A stretch of DNA of 61,180 nucleotides. Source: Candidatus Limnocylindrales bacterium (GTDB lineage Bacteria > Chloroflexota > Limnocylindria > Limnocylindrales > CSP1-4). The notes beneath the pieces are model-generated. The model saw only the letters and a list, made by a program, of their open reading frames with translations, did no database searches and was not told where the DNA came from. The stretch's first letter is position 1; every line of letters starts with the position of its first letter. Positions 30,222-38,650 of this stretch are shown here, in pieces. The position numbers and the translations under genes are program-made. Where the stretch lies: assembly GCA_036505555.1 (NCBI GenBank), contig DASXTH010000072.1, forward strand, positions 1 to 61,180. The letters are read 5' to 3'.

Positions 30222-31049
30222 TCAGTGTGGCAGCTCCGCGGCGCAGCATGCCTCGCCGGCGTTCGCCAGGAGGCTGGCGAAGTCGGAGCGCTTCATCCGG
30301 AAGCGGCCGTTCTGGCCCCAGCTGCCACCCCACGAGTTCTGGAAGACGTAGGTGTCGTCGGCGTCGACCTTCTCGAGCATGAGGTAGCAGTGGCCGCCGG
30401 CGACGCTGCCGGTCGGCTTCACGAGCCCGTTCGCGTCCGGATCGAACATGTCGTCCGTCCAGGCTGTCCCGACGACGACCGGCCCATGGTTGTTGATCCA
30501 GTCGTCGATCTCGTTCGTGTTCTGCGCGAACGCGAAGGCGGCGAGGCGGCCACGGTTACGGAGCGCGAGGGCGCCGGACCGGACATACGAACCGTTCTCC
30601 GCCAAGGGCTCCCCGTCGATCACCTTGCACTCGTAGTAGAGCGCGTGACCATCCGCGTTCTGGTAGTTGCCCTCGACCGGCATGGCGTCGACCCAGCCGG
30701 CCCAGCCGAAGCCAACGCAGTGGCCGGTCTGGCCCTGATCGAGCTGGATCTTCAACTCCCAGCCCGGCGTGGTGTCACCGGGCGGCATCGGCTGCGGCTT
30801 CCGCTTCTGCCGCTTCAGCCAGCGCCAGAAGACGAGGTAGTTGGGCCAGGTCGAGAAGTAGGGCGTCTGGTCGAGGACCTGCTCCACGGTCATCTGCAGC
30901 GTCGCCTCGCCCGGCTCGGCGAGCTCCATCAGCTTCGCGATCGACCAGTCGCGCGGGTCCGGCTTGTAGATCCGGCCGAGCAGGTGGCGGCCGAGCGTCA
31001 GCGCGGCGCTCCGCGGTGGCGGATCGATGGCGAGCTCACGGGGTTCCAT
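30222..31049 (-). CDS. Papain-like cysteine protease (C1 family), no signal peptide
   Basis: ATG with GAGGA upstream. Catalytic layout: DQGQTGHCVGFGW (Gln and Cys111), AGGHCYLMLE (His220), FQNSWGGSWGQNGRFRM (Asn238-Ser-Trp). Confidence 0.8.
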   Translation of the reverse strand: MEPRELAIDPPPRSAALTLGRHLLGRIYKPDPRDWSIAKLMELAEPGEATLQMTVEQVLDQTPYFSTWPNYLVFWRWLKRQKRKPQPMPPGDTTPGWELKIQLDQGQTGHCVGFGWAGWVDAMPVEGNYQNADGHALYYECKVIDGEPLAENGSYVRSGALALRNRGRLAAFAFAQNTNEIDDWINNHGPVVVGTAWTDDMFDPDANGLVKPTGSVAGGHCYLMLEKVDADDTYVFQNSWGGSWGQNGRFRMKRSDFASLLANAGEACCAAELPH

Positions 31050-31154
31050 CGCAGGGTCCTCAGCGGCTGGCGCGACGGACCGTCGCGGCCCAGGTCAGGT
31101 GAGGCTAGAGGCCGGTCGTCACGTCCGCGTCACGACGGCGTCACCCGCAAGCGT

Positions 31155-32972
31155 TCAGAATCGCAGGCTGCCGACGCCAAGGACGGTGACTCGGCTGGCG
31201 TCCGTGCCGATGAGCGCCCTCCCTTCGACACCGAGCTCGAGCCGCTCCCATCGATACCCGGCTCCGACGGATCCAGAGAGTCCTCCCACGACCTCTGCCC
31301 CGGTGCCTGGCCCTCGGTCGGGCGCCGGTAGGGCGATGCCTACGAAGCCACCGGCTCGGACGTCCCCATAGAACCCGCGCAATGGTTGCTGGATGCGAAC
31401 GCCGATCTCACCCAGCGCAGCCGCCACGTGGCCGGCGGATGGTCCCCCTCCCGGCAGATACAGGAGGTGAGCTCCGAGGCCAGGGTTGATGACGACCATT
31501 TGGTCCGAGCGGAGCGCGATTCGAAGACCCAGGCCAATGGCCGCCCGCGTCGTGGCGGGCTCGAACGACGCTCCGCCGCGAAGTTCGAGACCGAGCCGAC
31601 TTCCGGACCTGGACTCGCCCGACTGCGCGGCGGTTGGGTCCACGACGGACGGCCCCGGCGGGAATGTCGCGCCCCGGACGGCCGCACAATCGAGTGTCCG
31701 GTTTTCTACCTGACCCTGTGCGGCATCGATCCCGAGCCCGAGCGCGGCATTGACGCGGGTGGCGAGGCCCGAGTGCGGTCCGCGGAGCCCGAGCCAGACC
31801 CATCGCTTGAACACCTGCCGGTGAATTGGGTGTGTCGCGATCACCGCACGGTGGTAGGCGGCGATCCGCGTAACACTTCGCTCCCTCACGGGATCGCTGA
31901 CCGTGGATCGCTCGAAATAGTCGTTCAAGGGGCCGAACTGGGACATGTGGTCGATGTAACACGCGTTGGTTCGGACCAGAACCGTGTACAGGCGATGGAA
32001 CTCGCGGACGAAGCTGCTGGTCCATGCGTCGACCTCAGACTCATCGCCTCGGAGACTGCTTCCGGTCTCGTACTGACGAACGTGGTCGACCTCATGATTG
32101 ACGGTGACCCGAGTCGCAAAGAAGTTGTCGGGTTCGAGTGCCGGCGGTCCCAGAACGACGTAGTTCTGGCTCCCATGGCGGAGGGTGTAGCCGGCATCGC
32201 GCGAAAGGGAACGGTGGTCCGATCCGGCGGCTCTCTTGGTGCCGAGTCCGTCGTCGTAGTTGATGACGTGCGAACTCACATCGAAGGCAACGAGGTGGGC
32301 GGCATCCGGATAGCGGTCGCCCTCGCTGGCGGTGGTGCGATCGACCACCCGCCATCCAATGGCCTCGTGCACGAGGGCTGCTCGATCCGCGGAGGTTGTT
32401 GCCGCCCCGACCCGAGCGGCCCAGTCGGCAGGGGCGCCGGTTGCTGCTGGTCCGACCCGTGAGTCGCGCTGGATCACCGGTGCGCGGTCACCGCTGTCGT
32501 CCGTCTGACCTTCTCGGGCCAGCCGCTCGGCCTCGTCGTCGGGAGGCCCGATGACATGCGACCATTGCCGTGCGCGCGCTTGTTGAGTGACGTGCGCAAG
32601 CTCGTGGCGGAGCAGGTCGCGTCCAGACCCGGCGTCGGCGTCGAACTGCGAGCGACCGAACACCACGTGATTCCCGACCGTGAAAGCCCGAGCCCCAAGT
32701 GATTCCGCGGCATTCGCCGCGGTCGAGTCAATATGAATTCGAACGCTTGCGAACTCGTGCCCGGCGGGCACGGGAGCCATCCCGCGGATCGAGCCAGGCA
32801 GGGGCATGCCAGGCTGGTCGAGCACTGACCTCACGGCCGGGTGAGTGCGCCGCGCCGCTGTCAGGCGATCGCCTGGGCTGAATCCGCCCGACTCCGCCGC
32901 GCGGGCAAGACTGCTCATCGGCGCTGACCCGTCGCCGCGATTCGCGCCGCCGACTGCGCGATAGCTCCACAT
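31155..32972 (-). CDS. DUF4157-type zincin protein with a second HExxH region and a C-terminal amphipathic beta-barrel-like domain
   Basis: FASVRIHIDSTAANAAESLGARAFTVGNHVVFG...LLRHELAHVTQQ matches the DUF4157 signature. A second motif NHEVDHVRQ lies at aa 292-300. The last ~150 aa form alternating hydrophobic strands ending in LRF. The start is ambiguous: ATG 32972 or ATG 32918. Confidence 0.75.
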   Translation of the reverse strand: MWSYRAVGGANRGDGSAPMSSLARAAESGGFSPGDRLTAARRTHPAVRSVLDQPGMPLPGSIRGMAPVPAGHEFASVRIHIDSTAANAAESLGARAFTVGNHVVFGRSQFDADAGSGRDLLRHELAHVTQQARARQWSHVIGPPDDEAERLAREGQTDDSGDRAPVIQRDSRVGPAATGAPADWAARVGAATTSADRAALVHEAIGWRVVDRTTASEGDRYPDAAHLVAFDVSSHVINYDDGLGTKRAAGSDHRSLSRDAGYTLRHGSQNYVVLGPPALEPDNFFATRVTVNHEVDHVRQYETGSSLRGDESEVDAWTSSFVREFHRLYTVLVRTNACYIDHMSQFGPLNDYFERSTVSDPVRERSVTRIAAYHRAVIATHPIHRQVFKRWVWLGLRGPHSGLATRVNAALGLGIDAAQGQVENRTLDCAAVRGATFPPGPSVVDPTAAQSGESRSGSRLGLELRGGASFEPATTRAAIGLGLRIALRSDQMVVINPGLGAHLLYLPGGGPSAGHVAAALGEIGVRIQQPLRGFYGDVRAGGFVGIALPAPDRGPGTGAEVVGGLSGSVGAGYRWERLELGVEGRALIGTDASRVTVLGVGSLRF

Positions 32973-32993
32973 ACGGGCGAGCGATCATCAGCC

Positions 32994-35078
32994 TCAGGCA
33001 TTGGCGTAGATGGTCGTGCACTGAGCATCCGTCAATGGCACGACCGCGCGGCCCGAGAAGGGGCTCATCAGGTTAGCCGCCGGGTGCGCGCCCGAGTTCA
33101 GCAAGGTGTGGCCGATCTCGTGGGCGAGGTCCTCGCGCGTGGTGACGTTGCGAAGGACGACCATCCCACGCAATGGCGCTGCTGGTCCAGTCGCGCAGAA
33201 GGCCGGAACCGAATAACCCCCCGCACCCGATCCGCTGAACGTCGCGGGATAGAAGGCCCGAATTGGGGCGGTCAGCCCGAACGTGGCCGTCGCTCCGTTG
33301 AAGAGCGCACGCTCCTCGGCCGTCGCCGCACCACAGCTGGGCGACGTAGCCAAGTCCGTGTTGCCACCGAGCCATGTCGTCGTCTGGGCGTTTGTCGCCG
33401 TGGCGTTCACACCGTGCCGAATTCCGACGTCGCACTGTTCGAGAATCGAGCTCGCGACCGCAACGTCGGCCGATGGCGTATGGGTGGATCCATCCAGTTT
33501 CACGGTATCAACCGTGACCGTCTTCCGGGGTTGGGCCCTGGCCGCGGCGGGGGGCACCAGGGCGACGGTGGCGGCGACAAGGCCGAGCATCAGATTCGCC
33601 CGCTGGAGGCTCGCAGTCTGGGCGGCCGATGGCGTGGCGGGCGCTGAACCCAGCGCCGTCCGCACAACGGCCAGGATGGCCGCGCCATCGCGCTGGACCG
33701 CGAGAAGCGTGATGTCGCGGTTCACCAAATTGTCCATGAACGCGAGCGCAACATCGAAGCCGTCCGGTCCGAGCTGCTGGAAGGCTGTCCGGACGAAGGG
33801 CAACTCGGCGACCGTATTGGTCAAGGCGCGAGCGGCCAGGTGGATCCCCCGAGCAAGCGCTGTCGGTTCGCGAACGAGGAACGCAGCTACGTCGGCTGCG
33901 AGGGTAGGAGGAGCCGCGCCGGTCGCGCTGGCACGCGTATCGAGGAGGGGGGCGAAGGCCGGATCGAATGCCGCGGCAAGGGCCTGGATTTGCTGGGGAT
34001 TCAGGGTCGCGATGCCGGTCAACTCCTCGATCTCGGCTGGTAGTGGGAAGCGCAATCCGGCCCGCCAGCGCGACATGTCTGGCAATCCCAGGTAGAACTG
34101 GTTGTAGACCATGAGAGCTTGGGCAAGCTCCAGCTCCGAGATGACCGCGAGCGGCTGCGGCACGCCGCCCGTCGGCGTGAACGGAGTGGCCGTCGTCCAG
34201 AGGGGAAGGAGTACTTGTGCGAGCATCCGAGGCGTCAGGTTCGCTCCGATGATCACGTCGAGGCGGCTCGAGCCGGTCGAGATCAGGCCGCCCTGGACGG
34301 TCACGGGGCCGACGCGAGTGTCGGTGACGTTGGTCGGAACGAACTGGATCCCCGTACGCGGCGTAGTGCCGAGCAGGCGGACGTAGCCTACGGCGGCCGG
34401 ATCGGCCCGCGCGACGAGCGTGCGCCCCGAAGCCCACGAATCGAACCGGGTATCGATCGGACCGGCTCGGTTCGATCGGGTGGCCTCGTTGCTGACTTCC
34501 TTGGCCTCGCGTTCGGCCGGACTGCTGGGATCGTCCAGCTCGGGCTCCGCCTCGGACGCGATGCGTCCACCTTGTTGGACGACATGCGTGAGCTCGTGGG
34601 CGATGAGCCGTCGGCCTCGTTCGGACGTTGGCTGGAACGCGCCCGCTCCGAAGACCACATCCCGGCCGCTCGTGTAGGCGATGGCGTGGATCGACGCAGC
34701 CGAGTGGGCCGCGGACGGCCCTTCGTGGATCCGAACCGCCGCGAAATCGTGTCCGAGCGCGCGCTCCATCGACGCTCGGATCCGCGGTTCGAGCGGGCGA
34801 CCATTTGAGTTGATCCCCTCCCGGACCGCTTGACCGAGGTGCGCGGGGGGCAGAGTCCCGGAGACGGGGCTGCGCTGAACACGGTCGGCGTTGTCGTGAT
34901 CGCAGGTTCCCGATGGGCAACGAATGGCGCCACAACCCTGCACGAGTGGACGAACCGCTCGAGCGGCCGGCCGGATCGTGATCGGTGGAACGGATCCAAG
35001 AGCACGCGACTCGGCGCGCGCGGGCCGGGAGTAGATCATGGGACCGCCGGCCTTGACGTCGGCAAACGTCTGGGTCAT
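32994..35078 (-). CDS. DUF4157-type zincin protein with a large uncharacterised middle region and a C-terminal second zincin motif
   Basis: DFAAVRIHEGPSAAHSAASIHAIAYTSGRDVVFG...RLIAHELTHVVQQ matches the DUF4157 signature. The C-terminus carries LAHEIGHTLLNSGAH...NLM. Start chosen at ATG 35078; ATG 35039 is also possible. Confidence 0.7.
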   Translation of the reverse strand: MTQTFADVKAGGPMIYSRPARAESRALGSVPPITIRPAARAVRPLVQGCGAIRCPSGTCDHDNADRVQRSPVSGTLPPAHLGQAVREGINSNGRPLEPRIRASMERALGHDFAAVRIHEGPSAAHSAASIHAIAYTSGRDVVFGAGAFQPTSERGRRLIAHELTHVVQQGGRIASEAEPELDDPSSPAEREAKEVSNEATRSNRAGPIDTRFDSWASGRTLVARADPAAVGYVRLLGTTPRTGIQFVPTNVTDTRVGPVTVQGGLISTGSSRLDVIIGANLTPRMLAQVLLPLWTTATPFTPTGGVPQPLAVISELELAQALMVYNQFYLGLPDMSRWRAGLRFPLPAEIEELTGIATLNPQQIQALAAAFDPAFAPLLDTRASATGAAPPTLAADVAAFLVREPTALARGIHLAARALTNTVAELPFVRTAFQQLGPDGFDVALAFMDNLVNRDITLLAVQRDGAAILAVVRTALGSAPATPSAAQTASLQRANLMLGLVAATVALVPPAAARAQPRKTVTVDTVKLDGSTHTPSADVAVASSILEQCDVGIRHGVNATATNAQTTTWLGGNTDLATSPSCGAATAEERALFNGATATFGLTAPIRAFYPATFSGSGAGGYSVPAFCATGPAAPLRGMVVLRNVTTREDLAHEIGHTLLNSGAHPAANLMSPFSGRAVVPLTDAQCTTIYANA

Positions 35079-35178
35079 CGGTCGCCCGTCGGCTTCCGAG
35101 CCGCCCAGGGGACGGCGTTCAGCTGGTACGCATCCCGTCGCGTGAACGGCTGGCTGGCGGCGCGGCACCGCCGCCGTT

Positions 35179-35198
35179 CGCATCTCTCCGCAGATGCG
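35179..35198. other. 7-bp palindromic hairpin in the 300-nt non-coding gap inside the cargo island
   Basis: CGCATCT (35179-35185) pairs with AGATGCG (35192-35198) across a 6-nt loop. It lies about 100 nt upstream of the 35078 start. Function is unknown. Confidence 0.3.
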
Positions 35199-35378
35199 GC
35201 CTCAACGGGAACGCTCAGCGAACGTGCGCGGAGGCTCGACGCAGGGGCGGGCGTGCGACCTTGAGCCGTTGTCCGCTGGATCGGCGTCATGCATGTCGTC
35301 ATCACTCGTCCCCGAGCCCGCGGCCGCGCAGTGCGGTGGCAACGGCCCTGCCGATCTCCGCGCCGAGCACCGACGTGC

Positions 35379-37844
35379 CTAGAGGTCCGGAAGGACATCG
35401 GTCAGGATGGCCTCGACCTGGCGGACGATGGCCTGTCGTTCCAGGTCCACTCGCTCACGATCGAGCCGCGTCTGCTGCGCGAGAATCGCAGCGGCAGGTG
35501 ACTGGTTCGGATTCGGTAGGCGGCGCGCGAGGAAGGGAACGTGGAGATGGCCGAAGTGAATCTTGGATCCCGCTTGGGTAGCCAGCAGTCCGACCCGATA
35601 GAAGATCTCGTTCGAGAGGTAGCTTCCTCCTGAACCCGCCACGGACGTCGAGCCCGGCGTGGGCCCCTTGAGCGAAGGGGTCACCTTCGACGACCCCGGA
35701 ACTCGCTCCATGATCTCCAGTTCGCCCCGCGTTGGAGCGGGCTTCTGCGGCCTCAACGTGCGGCGAGCCGACGGGGGGAGGGTCCCGCGGATGAACTCAG
35801 GTCCGGCTGGAAGGCCCGGGGCCGCTCCGGCCGTCGCGGGGGTCACGCCCGGGTTGTCTGGCGTCCCAGCGCCGCGGGTCCGGCCGGCCCACTCCTCGAC
35901 CTCGTAGGCAGGTCCGGCGTTCATGCTGATCGTCATGATCATGTCGGCGTGGCCCGGGCCTGACAGATACGCCGCGAACAGTTGCTCCACGATCCGCTCG
36001 TCGAAGGCCCGGAAGCTCACCGGAAAGACGACGCTTTCGACCGACCCCTTGATCGATCCGCTCGTCAGCTGACGACCATCCAGCGCGAGCGCCGCCGCAG
36101 CGGACGGATTGGTGGCCTCGGACAACCCGTAGTCACGCCGCTCGAAGCCGAACGGATCGAAGCCGCTGATGACAATCCGTTTCGTGCTGTTCGGGCCCGC
36201 GAATCGAGCCGCCAACATGCCGCGGGACGCTCGCTCGAGGAGCTGGTTCAGGTCGTCGCGCCGGGCTGCCGTCAGTCCGAATCGCGGCTGCCATTGGTCG
36301 AGGGTCCGGCGGAGCTGGACGCGAGCCCAGTAGAGAGGGCGGTCGTCAGTGCTGCCCGCGCGCGCGGCGGCGGTCGCCTGCGTCCACAGGCCGCGTCCGA
36401 CCGTCTCGACGGCCGTTCGCGCCGCTGCGAGGGACCGCGCCCGGTCGAGCGCGTTCGCGAGCCGCGGGATCGTCGATTCCAGGCCGGAGCGCGCGAGATA
36501 GGTCGAGCTCATGGATGGGACGTTGGCGGCGGCGGGACGCGACGGCTGCGATCGCGCTGCTTCCCGGCCGGGCGGCACGCCAGCGAAGCCGCATCGCGGG
36601 ATCGGCAGGATCGTCCCGCTTCGACCGGCGGCCAGCTCCTGTGGGGTAAGCCTCCGGCCATACGCCTGGCGGAACGCCTCGAGTTCCTCGGCACGCGCTC
36701 GAACGCGCGCCGGATCGGGGCGCTCACCGTCGAGAGGCGCATACGTCGCCGTGACGTAGTCGCTCTGCCACTCGCGGGTGAGATCCGGATCGTTGCAGTC
36801 GGGTCGAGCGAACCCGCGGACCTCGACGTGGGTCTGTCCTCGGGGCCTGGCGCCACAGAAGATTCGCCGTGCCGTCTCCCTCGGCAGGCGGACGCAGCCA
36901 TGGGACAGCGGAGCGCCGGTCACGGTGGTGTGTTGGTGAAGGGCCATCCCTCGGAACCCCAGGAATGTGTTCCAGAACTCCCACGTGTTGTGCGTACGCT
37001 CCGTATCAGTGATCGTGTAGGTGGAGCCGATCGCCGTCGCATTGCTTCCATCGCGCCGCGATTCGGCGACGGAGGCGGTCGTGCCCGGCGGCCCGCCGCC
37101 TACGACGCAGCAGTGCCCCTTGCCCGTCGAAGCGACCGACGACGAGACCGTCCTGTCGCTCCAGTGGAGCGTCACGGATTGCGGTCTTTCCTGATCGACG
37201 ACGATCTTCCTCAGCCACGGATCGCGGTCGGCTGCCGCGCAATCCGGTGAGTTCGCGGCCTCCCAAGTTCGCCGGAGGCGTCCGGCCGGTTCGGCCGACA
37301 CCGCGGTCAGAGACCCTTGGGCGACCCGCTCCGCTTCGAGCTCGTCATTGTCCTCAGGGCGGCTCATCGACAGTGCTCCGCCGGCTGGGGCGTGGCCGGC
37401 CTGCTGGACGACGTGGGCCAACTCATGCGCAAGAAGGCGTTGGCCATCGGGCGTGCCAGGCTGGAATCGTCCCCAGCTGAAGACGACGTGCGAACCAACG
37501 GTGTAGGCCCGGGCGGCCACGTCCCTCGCCGATGCCGCAGCCCCGGCGTCCGTATGGATCCGGACGTGATCGAACCGATGACCGATGCGCGCCTCCATTT
37601 GAGACCGGATCCCGCGATCGAGCCTGTTTCCCGGCGTAGCCAGCGTCGCACCGACGGAGGGCGGGATCGTCGCCGGACCCAGTCCGGTTCGAAACCGGTC
37701 GAGACGCCCATCCGGCTGGCCGCAGCCGCCGGCCGGACACGGATGATCCCCGCAGCGCTGGAGACGACGACCGGAGATGAGCCGCACGGGGCTCGTGCGA
37801 ATGCCCGCCGTGGAGATGCGCGGGGCGCATGCGGCCGAGGTCAT
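35379..37844 (-). CDS. Three-module protein: DUF4157 zincin + YkuD-type L,D-transpeptidase-like domain + pyroglutamyl-peptidase (C15)-like domain
   Basis: ATG at residue 26 of ORF 35379..37919, in an ATGA overlap with the upstream gene. HRFDHVRIHTDAGAAASARDVAARAYTVGSHVVF...LLAHELAHVVQQ matches the DUF4157 signature. ALHQHTTVTGAPLSHGCVRLP matches the YkuD signature. KRIVISGFDPFG...NPS...YEVEEWA...GGSYLSNEIFY...GHLHVP fits a C15-like layout. Confidence 0.75.
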   Translation of the reverse strand: MTSAACAPRISTAGIRTSPVRLISGRRLQRCGDHPCPAGGCGQPDGRLDRFRTGLGPATIPPSVGATLATPGNRLDRGIRSQMEARIGHRFDHVRIHTDAGAAASARDVAARAYTVGSHVVFSWGRFQPGTPDGQRLLAHELAHVVQQAGHAPAGGALSMSRPEDNDELEAERVAQGSLTAVSAEPAGRLRRTWEAANSPDCAAADRDPWLRKIVVDQERPQSVTLHWSDRTVSSSVASTGKGHCCVVGGGPPGTTASVAESRRDGSNATAIGSTYTITDTERTHNTWEFWNTFLGFRGMALHQHTTVTGAPLSHGCVRLPRETARRIFCGARPRGQTHVEVRGFARPDCNDPDLTREWQSDYVTATYAPLDGERPDPARVRARAEELEAFRQAYGRRLTPQELAAGRSGTILPIPRCGFAGVPPGREAARSQPSRPAAANVPSMSSTYLARSGLESTIPRLANALDRARSLAAARTAVETVGRGLWTQATAAARAGSTDDRPLYWARVQLRRTLDQWQPRFGLTAARRDDLNQLLERASRGMLAARFAGPNSTKRIVISGFDPFGFERRDYGLSEATNPSAAAALALDGRQLTSGSIKGSVESVVFPVSFRAFDERIVEQLFAAYLSGPGHADMIMTISMNAGPAYEVEEWAGRTRGAGTPDNPGVTPATAGAAPGLPAGPEFIRGTLPPSARRTLRPQKPAPTRGELEIMERVPGSSKVTPSLKGPTPGSTSVAGSGGSYLSNEIFYRVGLLATQAGSKIHFGHLHVPFLARRLPNPNQSPAAAILAQQTRLDRERVDLERQAIVRQVEAILTDVLPDL

Positions 37845-38650
37845 GACGAAGCCGCGCATTCGATGAAGTGCGCCCACGCGTCGACGTTCTTCGACTGATC
37901 CCCGCGGAGGTTGTCGCACGGGTCGTGACAGTCCACGCGCGGGGTGCAGTAGTTCTCATCGCCGGTGACGGAGGAGTCGATGCCAGCGGCATGGCCGGCC
38001 TCGTGGATGAGCGTTCGCCGCATCTGGCCCGCCGAGGTTGCGAAGATCCGCGGGCACAGCACCATCGTCGAGAGATCGTCCGTGACGCGCGCCGCGACCT
38101 CCGGATCACGGCATGGCGCATCGCCACACCCGGCAACTTCGATCGGAACGGAGTCGAGTTTCTGTCGGATGGAGGCGACGCGCGAAGATGCACGCCCGGC
38201 ATCGATGTTCGTGTGAAAGACCCGGGTCGCGACGGTGTCCAGATAGCGATCACCGCGGCCCAGGGCCTGGTACGCCCGCGACGTCGTACTCCGAGCTGCC
38301 CATCGGACAGCGTTCATCCGCTGCGACTCCTGCGGCGTGAACGGCCTGCGGGTCGGAGACGAATCGACGTCCTGGCCCACGCACAGCAGCTCGCGGAGCG
38401 CCTGTCGGGTCGGATCCGTCGGAGGTGGCTCCTCATCGGGGCCGCCCTCCGCCAGCCTCGCGCGGAGGGGCGACGCGATCGAGAAGTGCCGCAGGACGTG
38501 GTTCGCCCCGCGGCACGGTCGATGGATGCCCTCCGCCGTCTCAGCCGGGGCCGGAACCGCCAGCAAGGCCAGTCGTCCGCCCCGCGCCGGCCCTAGCGCC
38601 CGTGGCAGACGTGGTGCCCTGGTCATCGGCGCCATGCAGGCCGTCATCAC
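37841..38650 (-). CDS. Aspzincin (M35-like) metallopeptidase-domain protein
   Basis: RRTLIHEAGHAAGIDSSVTGDENYC aligns with HExxH followed by the aspzincin GTxDxxYG motif at its T, D and Y positions. The start is GTG 38650 (GTGA overlap) or ATG 38647. Confidence 0.6.
   Translation of the reverse strand: MMTACMAPMTRAPRLPRALGPARGGRLALLAVPAPAETAEGIHRPCRGANHVLRHFSIASPLRARLAEGGPDEEPPPTDPTRQALRELLCVGQDVDSSPTRRPFTPQESQRMNAVRWAARSTTSRAYQALGRGDRYLDTVATRVFHTNIDAGRASSRVASIRQKLDSVPIEVAGCGDAPCRDPEVAARVTDDLSTMVLCPRIFATSAGQMRRTLIHEAGHAAGIDSSVTGDENYCTPRVDCHDPCDNLRGDQSKNVDAWAHFIECAASS

Noticed and set aside
35075-35398. 107-aa minus-strand ORF filling the gap inside the cargo island.
   Set aside because: The sequence is extremely Arg-rich and low-complexity, with no RBS. 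It overlaps the 3' end of the upstream gene and the 5' end of the downstream gene in other frames.
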